Made by a program: the position numbers and the translations under genes | Shown: positions 21,713 to 30,678 of the stretch, one piece after another | Position numbering within the stretch: the first letter of the stretch is position 1 | Layout of the letters: each line of letters begins with the position of its first letter | Notes under the pieces: model-generated | The model's input: the letters and a program-made list of their open reading frames with translations, nothing else | What the model was told of the DNA's origin: nothing | The model's database searches: none | IMG/VR virus record: IMGVR_UViG_3300033417_000017 | Location: 1 to 44,409 of that record | Origin: a virus | Strand: one strand, 5' to 3' | DNA: 44,409 nt

Positions 21713-22494
21713 CTACCAGATTTCCATACCAGCACATTGACTGGAACACTCCGCTAGTCGACGCGGATGGTAAGGTGACGCCCTACTTCCAACGGCAGTT
21801 GTTCGGGCAGTTAGAAAATGCGCAGGAGATCGACGGAAGTGGAATAGTAGGCGGCAACGGCATTGATGCGACGGGCACGCTCGGCGGCGGCATTACGATA
21901 AGTGCCGATGAACAAGAAATTTTGGACGCTATTTCCGATGTCCACGGAACTGTGCTGTTTCGCGGCGCGACAGATTGGGAAGGTCTGCCTCCGGGGACGA
22001 ACGGACAGTTTTTCAGGACGCAAGGCGCGGGGGCGGACCCTGTTTGGGCGGGGGCGGGCTATAATTTCTCTGGGTGCCGACTCACGAAGACGACCAGCCT
22101 GACAGGCCTCGGTTTTACTGGCGGGGGCGCGGCGGTTACTTTCGACAACGAAGAATATGACACGGACAGTTTTCACAGCGGGAGCAATGCCTATCTGTCG
22201 GCTCCTGCCGATGGTTATTATGACGTTTCGGCTGCGGCTGTTCTACAGAGCATGACGAGCGCGACATGGGTTAGTGCTTTGATCTCGCAAACGAATAGCA
22301 GCGACGTGTTTATCCGTAATATTCGCGGCTCGGCTGTCGAACTCACCGCGACTTTCAATTTTCAAGTCAACGCGGTGGGTCTGGCTGTTCCAGCGTCCGC
22401 GGGTGACCGCTTCCGGTTTCTTGTTCGCTCCGAGAGCGACACCTCAATTGACTTCGGTGAAAATCCGTCATTCTCTGTTCATCGCGTAGGTTAG
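21709..22494 (+). CDS. Tail fibre / receptor-binding protein candidate
   Basis: The motif HGTVLFRGATDWEGLPPGTNGQFFRTQGAGADPVWA is one I recognise as common in phage tail fibres. The C-terminal beta-rich domain reads GYYDVSAAAVLQS... Confidence 0.65.
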   Translation: MTTRFPYQHIDWNTPLVDADGKVTPYFQRQLFGQLENAQEIDGSGIVGGNGIDATGTLGGGITISADEQEILDAISDVHGTVLFRGATDWEGLPPGTNGQFFRTQGAGADPVWAGAGYNFSGCRLTKTTSLTGLGFTGGGAAVTFDNEEYDTDSFHSGSNAYLSAPADGYYDVSAAAVLQSMTSATWVSALISQTNSSDVFIRNIRGSAVELTATFNFQVNAVGLAVPASAGDRFRFLVRSESDTSIDFGENPSFSVHRVG

Positions 22495-22548
22495 CCTTGT
22501 AATTTGCACCGGCCCGGTGTACTAGAGGGCCAGTACTGGAGACACACT

Positions 22549-23220
22549 ATGGGACTTCTCGGAACATTGTTCGGCAAGCCCGCCAAAAATCAGGCGTACG
22601 ACTACACAAAGGATAGTCTTAACCCCGCCGTGCAGGCGGGCGTAGGGGGCATTACTGACGCGGCTAATGCGCTCAATGGCGGATTTGGCAAGTACATGGA
22701 CGACTCAGGATTTAACTTTGCTCTTGGCGAGGGGCTGCGCGGCGTTACGGGCGCGGGCGCGGCCAAGGGCATGTTGCGCAGCGGCGCGACGCAGAAGGCG
22801 CTTCTGCGGTATGGTACGGGGCTGAAGCAACAATCCTACGATAACTTTCTAAACAAGCAACTTCAACTAGGCCAGCTAGGGCTTGGCGCGGCGGGCATTA
22901 CGGCGGGCGCGGGCAGCAAAGGCGCTACGGGCGGTGTTGTTGACGGGCTTACGAAACTCTTCAGCGATCCGCGCGTTAAGGTAGATATGCGGCCAGTCGG
23001 TAGACTTGACAATGGCCTCACGGTTTATGCTTTCTGCTACGAGGGTGCGCCGATGACCACCATTGGCCTGAACGCCGACGAAGTGGAGGAGCTTCATCCA
23101 GAAGCCGTCAGCGTTGCGAAGTGGTTCGGCCCCGGTAAGATGAACGGCGAACAGGTCAAGGTCGTTGACTACGCCTTGGCGGTTCTTCCGGTAGAAGAGA
23201 AGGAGGCAGACAATGCCTGA
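22549..23220 (+). CDS. Virion protein with a C-terminal S74-type intramolecular chaperone motif
   Basis: ATG 22549 with GGAG 9 nt upstream. Gly-rich N-part, then FSDPRVKVDMRPVGRLDNGLTVYAFCYEG...IGLNADEVEELHPEAV, resembling the SD(R/K)xxK autoproteolytic chaperone domain of tail fibres and spikes. Confidence 0.65.
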   Translation: MGLLGTLFGKPAKNQAYDYTKDSLNPAVQAGVGGITDAANALNGGFGKYMDDSGFNFALGEGLRGVTGAGAAKGMLRSGATQKALLRYGTGLKQQSYDNFLNKQLQLGQLGLGAAGITAGAGSKGATGGVVDGLTKLFSDPRVKVDMRPVGRLDNGLTVYAFCYEGAPMTTIGLNADEVEELHPEAVSVAKWFGPGKMNGEQVKVVDYALAVLPVEEKEADNA

Positions 23221-24937
23221 GGGCCTTCTTCCATCAGTCTTTGGGTTCGTTCGCGACATAAAAGATCGCCAGCGCACCGCTAAGGTCGATGATCAGCTCA
23301 AGAACTATCTAACGGACCCAGAGGGTACGGTGAAAGGTATTACGGAGATTGATCCACGTTTCGGCATACGACTGGAGCAGGACCGCGTTGCGCAGCAGCA
23401 AAGTGCTGAAGAATCTAGGCGGAAGCGCATGAAAGAAAATACCGGCTTTATCAGTCAGTATATGCGCGGCTTAGACCCTAAGACGACGGACATCGGGGCC
23501 GCAATCGATGAGCTGGCTCCGTTCTTCTCGGAAACGCTTGGGACAAGCCCTGAAGAAATGGCGCGCTTCCGCGCCGCCGTTACCGCGCACCCAGACATCT
23601 TGCAAGGGCTTGACGACGAAGCGTTCAAGGCCATGGCGGAAGATAGGTTTAGTGAGAAGATCGCCACTCCCGGAAGCTATGTGCGGCGCGGCGGAGAAAC
23701 TGTGGAGAAGGTTCCTTACGGAATGCAGGTGCAAGATACGGCGGCGGGAGCGTTGTCGCGTATCTTCGACCCGAACGTGGGTCGTTATGTTGATGAGCAG
23801 CCGGGGGCCGCAGCCCCAAGCGCAGCACCTTCTAGCGGCGGTCCTTCTCAACTGACAGTTGAGGCGCTGCTACCGCACATCGTAGCGCAGGAGTCTGGCG
23901 GCGACTACACGGCGCGGAACGCGGAAACGGGAGCGCTTGGCGCTTACCAAGTAATGCCAGAAACCGGGCGCGCGTTGGCAAGGCAGGTCGGCGTTGCGTG
24001 GCGACCCGATATGATGCAGAAGGACGATCCTGCAAGTCGTAAGTATCAGGACGCAATTGGCGGAGCCGCGATCCAAGAGGCGGTCAACGCCAGTGGTGGC
24101 GATCCGTCTGCGGCGTTTGCGTATTACTACGGTGGGCCAGATAAGAGCAGGCACGGGCCGAGAACACGCCAGTACGTAGAAGATATGACGCGCAGAATTG
24201 GTGGCGACGCTTCGCAGGTCTTTGGCCAGCAGGCAGTTATGACGCCGACATCAACATATAATCCTCCAAGGCCGTCTGCGGCTCCGGTGACTAGCAGATC
24301 TTTAACCCCGCAAGAAGTGGCTGAACGCGGCTATCGCCCCGGCACGGTTGTCCAAGTGGATAGCACCGGTAAGGAACAGGTTAGGCAAGCCCCAGCGGCT
24401 ACTAGTAAGACGGCTTCTCTTGTAGCAGGTGAAGAGCGCGCGAAGTTGCTTTCTGACATGACGACTCGTTATCTCACAGCGGTTGAGCGTCTTCGTGATC
24501 ACCCCGGATTGGAAACGGCGGTCGGGGTTGTGCAAGGTAGACTTCCGGGCTTGGTTCTTGGCCAAGATGCGCAGGACGCTATAAACCTTCTAGAGAATCT
24601 AGGAGATCAGACGGCGTTGACCAATATGCTGGCGTTCAAGTCATCCAGTGCGACCGGAGCAACCGGGTTCGGCAATATGTCTAACGCGGAAGGCACAAGG
24701 CTGGAGAACGCCTTCGGTTCTCTAAAGCGTACTAACTCTATTGAGCAGTTGAGAGATACGCTGGACTCGATATACACAGACATCAGCGCAATAAGCAAGA
24801 GACAGGCCGAAGGGTTTGCAAAATTAGAAGCTGAGAAAGCAAGTGGCGGAGGGGAAGTACCTGTCGGCGCGACGGCGACTAATCCGCAGACCGGTGAAAA
24901 GATTCGCTGGAACGGGACAGAGTGGGAGCCTATGTAG
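23213..24937 (+). CDS. Internal virion / ejection protein with a lytic transglycosylase (SLT) domain
   Basis: 574 aa; VAQESGGDYTARNAETGALGAYQVMPETG matches the SLT catalytic E-S ... GxxQ(V/I)M pattern. Confidence 0.8.
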   Translation: MPEGLLPSVFGFVRDIKDRQRTAKVDDQLKNYLTDPEGTVKGITEIDPRFGIRLEQDRVAQQQSAEESRRKRMKENTGFISQYMRGLDPKTTDIGAAIDELAPFFSETLGTSPEEMARFRAAVTAHPDILQGLDDEAFKAMAEDRFSEKIATPGSYVRRGGETVEKVPYGMQVQDTAAGALSRIFDPNVGRYVDEQPGAAAPSAAPSSGGPSQLTVEALLPHIVAQESGGDYTARNAETGALGAYQVMPETGRALARQVGVAWRPDMMQKDDPASRKYQDAIGGAAIQEAVNASGGDPSAAFAYYYGGPDKSRHGPRTRQYVEDMTRRIGGDASQVFGQQAVMTPTSTYNPPRPSAAPVTSRSLTPQEVAERGYRPGTVVQVDSTGKEQVRQAPAATSKTASLVAGEERAKLLSDMTTRYLTAVERLRDHPGLETAVGVVQGRLPGLVLGQDAQDAINLLENLGDQTALTNMLAFKSSSATGATGFGNMSNAEGTRLENAFGSLKRTNSIEQLRDTLDSIYTDISAISKRQAEGFAKLEAEKASGGGEVPVGATATNPQTGEKIRWNGTEWEPM

Positions 24938-27292
24938 ATGGCAACAGCGCCCCCTCCCGGCTTTGTTCTCGATGCCGCGCCGCCCGCTCCAGCGCAGCCC
25001 CCCGGCTTGCCGGAAGGATTTATGCTGGACGACGGCAGCATGTACGGCGGGCCTATAACTCAGACAGCGCCAAAGGCATCGTTCTCTACTCCGAAGCCCG
25101 CGAAGACTCCAGAGGAACTGAAGTTCGCGCTTTCTGAAATGACCAAGCGAAGGCTTCCAGTCGAAGACCTAGTGAGCTATGCAAGAGAAGCTGGGTACAG
25201 TTTTGACCAAGATACGCAAGACTGGCTACGCGGAGCATACACAGATAATTTGCTCGATCCTACGTACGATGATGGAACTCCGATAGACTCTCAGATCTCG
25301 GATTGGGATATCGAAGGCCCACCGCCAGAGCAGGGCGTTACAGAATCTGTGCTGCGCGGGGTTCAGGGCGGCGCGCTGCGCGGCTGGGCCGATGAGATTG
25401 CTGGGTTCAGCGGCGCGGTTGGAAACAAGCTGGGTACTGCGTTCGGTATGAACGAGAGCGATGCGGACTTTTGGGACATCTATCAACAGATCGCAGAACA
25501 GCAGCGCAGAGAAGCCGACGCCGCGTGGGAGCAGCACCCCGGCGCTTACGCAGCGGGCTTTGTCCCCGGCATGTTTACAGGGCCTTCTTTCATGGCGGCT
25601 GGTAAGGCAGGCGCGCCGTTAACCGGCTGGTCACGCGCGGGCCGCGCGGCAAGTATAGGCGCGACAGAGGGCGGAGTAAGCGCTGCCGGAGCCGCAGACC
25701 CTGGAGCCGATGAAAACTTTATGAACCGCTTACCAGACGCTGCATGGGGAACAGCGGCAGGCGCGGCACTAGGCCCCGTGGTTGACCGCGCAGCCGGGTT
25801 TGTCGGCCGCGAAGGGCGGCGCGCGTGGGAACGGTTTGGCCCCGCCAGTCGTTCGCCAGATAGCGGGCTCTTGGCGATGAGCAACCGTGTGGAGACAGAC
25901 CCTGCCGCTATGCGCGCAGAAGCTGAGCTTATGCAACAGGGAGGCGTAGAGCCGCGCCTTGCGGACGTAGTACCGGATGAGGGCCGTTCACTAATCCGCC
26001 AAGCGGCGCAGATGCAGACGCCAGCGCGCGCGGAAGTAGCACAACATGCGGAAAGTGTCTATGCTGATCTACCTGAGCGCGTGGCAGGGCAAGCGCGCAA
26101 GGGTATAACTGGTGAGAAGCAGACCGCGCGCCAAATTGCGGCGGTCGCTGAGAAAGAGCGCGACGCGGCTATCTCTAGAGCAATTGACCCTATCCGCCAA
26201 GAGCCGGTGCCTGTAACCATGCCGATGATGGAAGCATTCGGCACGCGCGCAGGGCGCAAGGCTCTACGCGACGCGGCGGAAATGGTAACGCCAGAGGGCC
26301 GCGCCGCCATAGCAGGCGTTAACGGCGCGCTCAACGCCATTGCCAAGCTGGACCCACGTCTACCTGCTCCGGCGCGTGAGAAAATAACCGCGCAGATTAT
26401 TGATGAGCTACAGATACCGCTTGACGTGGCTGATAAGTTCGCCGTAGCTGCGCGCGACGTTGGTCGCCTCCCCGGTATGAAGCGCGCCAGCAATGCCGCT
26501 GGAAAGACCGTACGAGACGAAGCGCGACAGCTCCACCCTGCGTACAATCAAGCGTTGGAGGAGTATAGCGCCGCAAGCCGCGTAATGGACGCGGCGACGG
26601 GCGCACGCGGCAGCCGGTTTGAGGGGACGGACTTCTTAAAGACGCCGCCGGATGACTTCGTCACGGGGGTACGGCAGGCTGGCGATGTACCGCTCGCAGA
26701 CCCGCCGCTTAGCGAAGCAGACGCTCTAGCTGTTCGCGCCCGCGATGAAGTTGTGGACGCCTCTCTCAAGGGCCGTGGACAAGGGGCGCTGCCCGTAGCG
26801 CGCCAAGTGGCCAGCGGTCCGCATCAGCAGGCGCGCAACGCCACGCTGCTAGGCGGGCGCAAGGCGCAGAACCTTGAGCGCGGCATGGGCGCGGAGGTTA
26901 AGCGCTACGAAACGACCAAGGCAATAGACCCGCGCGCTGGCAGTCAACCTATGACGCGTGGCAAGGACGCCATAGTGGACGGCTTTGCAGAAGCCGCTAG
27001 AGATGTTGCCACGGGCGGGCGCTGGCCGGTTATTCGCGTACTGGCCAAGTGGCTTGCCCAAGGCGGCATCCGCAATGTAGACGCGGAGCGCTTAAGCCGC
27101 GACGCTATAGACCCAACGCGCGTAGAAGCGGCGATCAGTTACCTTGAACAGCGCGGCATGGCGCGCGGGCGGGCGCAGCGGTTGACTACCACGTTGGGCA
27201 GCATACTCGGTGGCCGCGCCACTACTAACGACGAAAAGGAGCCGGTAAACAGCATCCGTGCTCTCATGAAGAACCAAGGAGTTGAACAGTGA
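24938..27292 (+). CDS. Large internal virion / ejection protein
   Basis: 784 aa, Ala/Arg-rich and helical; follows the SLT protein, as in podovirus ejection-protein sets. Confidence 0.7.
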   Translation: MATAPPPGFVLDAAPPAPAQPPGLPEGFMLDDGSMYGGPITQTAPKASFSTPKPAKTPEELKFALSEMTKRRLPVEDLVSYAREAGYSFDQDTQDWLRGAYTDNLLDPTYDDGTPIDSQISDWDIEGPPPEQGVTESVLRGVQGGALRGWADEIAGFSGAVGNKLGTAFGMNESDADFWDIYQQIAEQQRREADAAWEQHPGAYAAGFVPGMFTGPSFMAAGKAGAPLTGWSRAGRAASIGATEGGVSAAGAADPGADENFMNRLPDAAWGTAAGAALGPVVDRAAGFVGREGRRAWERFGPASRSPDSGLLAMSNRVETDPAAMRAEAELMQQGGVEPRLADVVPDEGRSLIRQAAQMQTPARAEVAQHAESVYADLPERVAGQARKGITGEKQTARQIAAVAEKERDAAISRAIDPIRQEPVPVTMPMMEAFGTRAGRKALRDAAEMVTPEGRAAIAGVNGALNAIAKLDPRLPAPAREKITAQIIDELQIPLDVADKFAVAARDVGRLPGMKRASNAAGKTVRDEARQLHPAYNQALEEYSAASRVMDAATGARGSRFEGTDFLKTPPDDFVTGVRQAGDVPLADPPLSEADALAVRARDEVVDASLKGRGQGALPVARQVASGPHQQARNATLLGGRKAQNLERGMGAEVKRYETTKAIDPRAGSQPMTRGKDAIVDGFAEAARDVATGGRWPVIRVLAKWLAQGGIRNVDAERLSRDAIDPTRVEAAISYLEQRGMARGRAQRLTTTLGSILGGRATTNDEKEPVNSIRALMKNQGVEQ

Positions 27293-27741
27293 CTTACGTT
27301 CTTGGAAAGCAATCTCTAAAGCGCCTTGAAGGCGTTCACCCAGATATGGTGGCCGTCGTAAAGAAGGCCATGGAAGTTATGAATGAATGGGACGACGAAG
27401 GCATCGTCAGCACAGACTTCATGGTGCTCGAGGGCGTGCGCACTCCTGCACGGCAGAAAGAGCTTTACGCGCAAGGCCGCACCAAGCCGGGTAACAAGGT
27501 AACGTGGACATTGAACAGCAACCACTTTGTCAATAAGACCACGGGCTTTGGCCACGCGGTTGACCTTGTGCCCTACCCCGTGGACTGGAATGACTTGAAG
27601 AAGTTTGACCGGCTGGCCCGCGCCATGTTTACTGCCGCTGAGGCCCTTGGTATAGAAATTCGCTGGGGAGCCGACTGGGACAGAGACGGTAAACCACGTG
27701 AACGCGGAGAGTCCGATTCTCCGCACTTTGAACTGATATAA
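27289..27741 (+). CDS. Endolysin, peptidase M15 family (L-Ala-D-Glu / D-Ala-D-Ala peptidase type)
   Basis: 150 aa; VLEGVRTPARQKELYAQGRT, SNHF...GHAVDLVP and SDSPHFEL fit the Zn-binding H/D/H pattern of M15 endolysins. No signal or SAR sequence. Confidence 0.85.
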   Translation: MTYVLGKQSLKRLEGVHPDMVAVVKKAMEVMNEWDDEGIVSTDFMVLEGVRTPARQKELYAQGRTKPGNKVTWTLNSNHFVNKTTGFGHAVDLVPYPVDWNDLKKFDRLARAMFTAAEALGIEIRWGADWDRDGKPRERGESDSPHFELI

Positions 27742-27754
27742 GGAGACTCTACTA

Positions 27755-27970
27755 ATGACGGCAGTTACTCAACTCGGCGATGAAGTTGTCGCCTTCGCTC
27801 CCCGTGGCCGCGCCAAGGTTCAAGAGATCGTTACCGCAATTGATCCAGAGGGCGCGCAGTTTGCGGCCAACATGATCCTTTGGCTGGACACGCTCCCCAC
27901 AAGTGAGCCCGCGACGGTTGGAGAGCCGTGGCTCAACAGCGGCGTGCTGACCGTGGGCAATGGGCCGTAG
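27755..27970 (+). CDS. Hypothetical protein (71 aa, no TM)
   Basis: AAGGAG upstream; track ORF. Confidence 0.6.
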   Translation: MTAVTQLGDEVVAFAPRGRAKVQEIVTAIDPEGAQFAANMILWLDTLPTSEPATVGEPWLNSGVLTVGNGP

Positions 27971-27984
27971 GACTTTAACCTCTA

Positions 27985-28011
27985 GCCGCTGGGGCGGTGT
28001 GCCCCGGCGGC
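27985..28011 (+). terminator. GC-rich hairpin between 27755..27970 and the spanin genes
   Basis: GCCGCTGGGGC (27985-27995) pairs with GCCCCGGCGGC (28001-28011): 11 bp including one G-U, with a 5-nt loop. Confidence 0.4.
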
Positions 28012-28034
28012 TATCAGGCACATAGGAACTGACC

Positions 28035-28403
28035 ATGTACAAGTTTGTTGCCGATAATATCGTACGAATTGTCATTGGGCTGGTCGTAGCGATTGCGCTA
28101 TTCTGGTTCGTCTCTAGTTGGTTTAGTGGGCAATCTGCTAAGACCGAAGCCCGCCTAGGCAAGAACACTACGGAAGCTGCTATAGAAAGCGGCAGAGACG
28201 CTGTCGGCACACTAGGCGCGCAGGGCGCGGCTGAAGATGCCTCCGATGAGCTCACAAGGGAAAACGCCGATGATATTCTCAATGCCGAAGGCGCAGACGC
28301 GCCTGTTTCTCCTGCCGCCGCTGATGCTGGCAAGCGCAGCTTGTGTAAGCGCGCCGTCTATCGTGAGCGCCCCGAGTGCTTGCAGTACGCTCCTGCCAGA
28401 TGA
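28035..28403 (+). CDS. i-spanin candidate (N-terminal TM, periplasmic charged/helical domain)
   Basis: MYKFVADNIVRIVIGLVVAIALFWFVSSWF, then a soluble A/E-rich domain. Contains the start of an out-of-frame lipoprotein gene. Confidence 0.65.
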   Translation: MYKFVADNIVRIVIGLVVAIALFWFVSSWFSGQSAKTEARLGKNTTEAAIESGRDAVGTLGAQGAAEDASDELTRENADDILNAEGADAPVSPAAADAGKRSLCKRAVYRERPECLQYAPAR

Positions 28404-28614
28404 GTGGAAAACAGGTGTGGCGGGCGCGCCCCTGCCCAGCGGGGACACGGTTGGCGACTGGATTGCGTTTGGCGATGCGCAGACTGGCCAGCTCGACAAG
28501 GCGAACGATCGCTACCGCGCGGGCGTGGGAATCGTAGGCCGATGCGAAGAGCGCGATCGCGAAGCGGTAGAACGCTCAAGGCGTGGGTTCTTCGGGCGGC
28601 TGTTCGGCCGCTAG
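28282..28614 (+). CDS. o-spanin candidate (lipoprotein), overlapped architecture; alternative starts at 28237 and 28270
   Basis: MPKAQTRLFLLPPLMLASAAC: positively charged n-region, hydrophobic core, and Cys after AA (lipobox-like). It starts inside the i-spanin gene in another frame and extends beyond it. Confidence 0.65.
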   Translation: MPKAQTRLFLLPPLMLASAACVSAPSIVSAPSACSTLLPDEWKTGVAGAPLPSGDTVGDWIAFGDAQTGQLDKANDRYRAGVGIVGRCEERDREAVERSRRGFFGRLFGR

Positions 28615-28956
28615 CAGCCGCGAGATACACCCAATAGCTTCGTCATAGTCGCCGATACACGCATAAGCTACGGCGAGGAAATCCACGAATGGCAGCGGAC
28701 GACAGAAACGATGCGTATCAGCGCTGTTAGCCCATTCGGGCTCGGCGTAGACGCTACGCTCCTTCGCCTTCTCAATATAGTGGATGGCCTTGCGTAAGTC
28801 TTCTGCGCCGTTCTTCTGCCGCCAGCGGACGACATACTTGGTAGCGCAAGCTAACAGATAGTGCAGCTTAATATCGCAGACCCAATCCCAGTGCTGGTAT
28901 TCAAGAGCGCCATAGTGATCTCCACCTACTTGCGTCTTGTTTGCTTCACTTTCCAT
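28576..28956 (-). CDS. DUF3310-family protein
   Basis: 126 aa; TQVGGDHYGALEYQHWDW...ACATKYVVRWRQKNGAEDLRKAIHYIEKA matches the GGxHY...KY..R...K.G.EDL.KA pattern I recall for DUF3310 (SaV-like). Confidence 0.75.
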   Translation of the reverse strand: MESEANKTQVGGDHYGALEYQHWDWVCDIKLHYLLACATKYVVRWRQKNGAEDLRKAIHYIEKAKERSVYAEPEWANSADTHRFCRPLPFVDFLAVAYACIGDYDEAIGCISRLLAAEQPPEEPTP

Positions 28957-29551
28957 GCGCGTTTCTCCAAAGATCTGTAATGTAGCGGTAGAACCAAACG
29001 TCTATTTTTTGCGCCGGGTCGTTTACGGCCAAGTGTAATTCGTCGATAGGCGCCCACGGTTCTCCATTATCAGTGCCGTATAGTAGCGCCGATAAATATT
29101 TTCTAAATTCATCGGCGCAGTAAACCAGACGCGGATGCGCGTTGCCCATGCGGCGTTCATCGACGCAGAAGCGGAATCCGTCAGCGGCGTCGGCGAATTT
29201 TAGAACCCACGTTTCGTGATCCTCCAGATCTTGCTCTAAGTCTATGCCGTGTTCCCGGGCAGTGTCTTCTTCGTGGCCGCCGAATACTTCGCGGAAGGTC
29301 GCGTGGTCGCCGTAGTCTGGCAACGCGCGCTTCGTCGGCGCGGGCATGTCGCCCACTATATGCTCAGCCATGTCGTGCTTCAAGGCGGCGCGGAGCAGCT
29401 TGGCGCTGGCCAGCGGGCGCAGCCGCATGATGATGCACGCCACGTTATAGCTATGATGACCCACGCGGTCAGTCAGCAGCGTTGGAATGCCGTGGAACCT
29501 GATAGTTCCGCCGCCGTGCCACATGAACTCCAGGTCTCTAAAGTCGCTCAT
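28946..29551 (-). CDS. HD-domain phosphohydrolase, YfbR-like 5'-deoxynucleotidase type
   Basis: ATG 29551 in an ATGA overlap with the upstream stop, with GGAGGA upstream. HSYNVACIIMRL...ALKHDMAEHIVGDMPAPTKR gives the H...HD...D signature. Confidence 0.8.
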   Translation of the reverse strand: MSDFRDLEFMWHGGGTIRFHGIPTLLTDRVGHHSYNVACIIMRLRPLASAKLLRAALKHDMAEHIVGDMPAPTKRALPDYGDHATFREVFGGHEEDTAREHGIDLEQDLEDHETWVLKFADAADGFRFCVDERRMGNAHPRLVYCADEFRKYLSALLYGTDNGEPWAPIDELHLAVNDPAQKIDVWFYRYITDLWRNAHGK

Positions 29552-30678
29552 CGCTCCGTTCCTCCGGGTGTGCTTAGCTCCGCCGCGCGGTGCATCCATT
29601 CAGCAGACGCCGCCCGCCAGTCACAGTTCATATCGCCGATCTTGTAGCACCTGTCTATGGCTGTCTCGTAGTCGTAAACCTTACGAGAATCCCATGCGCG
29701 GGCTATGGGGAAAGCCACATCGGCCAAGAAAGAGTGGTTCAGCGCTGTGGTTGGGCGTTCTCTTGCCCCGCCCCGCTTCCACGGTGTTTTGATTGGGTTA
29801 AGCACAGGGTCAAAGAAATCCATGAACCTTGGCAGTTCTTCTTCAAACAGGTCCATGGTGTTGTAATGAAACATGGGGGTCGCGTTGAGCAGCCCCTGCG
29901 TCACGCCGCGCGTGTAGCGGTCGCTCACCATGGCGTCGTGCGCTCTAGCACCGAGATCTTTAACAATGTCAGTGTAGATATGGTAGTCATTACTGATTTG
30001 CGTCATCGTGCCTACGCGGACGTTGAGCCGCGCCGCCATGTACTCCAGCAGAACACTGAAGTTGACCGCGTTGGCTCCATGCGCGCCCCACCACAGATCA
30101 TTGGAGCGACAACAGACAGTCATGTGCAGTGCGTCACCAATTATCCTAAAGTAGACGTGCGTATTGCAGGGGACGTCTTTGCTACTGCCTGCGCTCAGCA
30201 GGTCGCCGTTCATAACGAACTCTCGGTCGCTGGTTTGGTGGATACCCCATGCGTCCCACATGGTAAGCACGGCGCGACGGCTCGAAGGATCTCTGGCCAG
30301 AGCTTCGACTATTTCATCAAGCTGGTCATACCCGAAGTTCTTCCGCCACCTATACCCGTAGGCTCCCGGCTGCGTTTTGCCGCCGTCGTCAGAGTACTCG
30401 AGCATTCGCTTGTTGTACTGGCCCAGCCATGCCAAGTCATTGCGCCCAGCGAGCATCCATAGGGCTTCCATAAGGTGGAAGAAGGGGTTGGCGTTACGCA
30501 GCGGGCTGAACAGCACCCGTTCCAGCGGCTTGGCGGTTACAGTGGCAACGGGCACGCCACACGTAATAACGTGGCCATTGCGCGACTCTGTGCCGTAGGT
30601 CGGCGCATCTGGGTCGCACATAAGCTTAAGACCAAGGCTCAGCGCTTGGTTGACGTTGCGTGGGTTGAGCGTTATCAT
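29548..30678 (-). CDS. Thymidylate synthase (ThyA)-fold family enzyme; dUMP/dCMP methylase or hydroxymethylase
   Basis: 376 aa; RNANPFFHLMEALWMLAGRNDL, YGYRWR, DQLDEIV, DPSSRRAVLTMWD, the catalytic-Cys context VPCNTHVYF, and CRSNDLWWGAHGANAVNF (RSxD...N block). Confidence 0.8.
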   Translation of the reverse strand: MITLNPRNVNQALSLGLKLMCDPDAPTYGTESRNGHVITCGVPVATVTAKPLERVLFSPLRNANPFFHLMEALWMLAGRNDLAWLGQYNKRMLEYSDDGGKTQPGAYGYRWRKNFGYDQLDEIVEALARDPSSRRAVLTMWDAWGIHQTSDREFVMNGDLLSAGSSKDVPCNTHVYFRIIGDALHMTVCCRSNDLWWGAHGANAVNFSVLLEYMAARLNVRVGTMTQISNDYHIYTDIVKDLGARAHDAMVSDRYTRGVTQGLLNATPMFHYNTMDLFEEELPRFMDFFDPVLNPIKTPWKRGGARERPTTALNHSFLADVAFPIARAWDSRKVYDYETAIDRCYKIGDMNCDWRAASAEWMHRAAELSTPGGTER

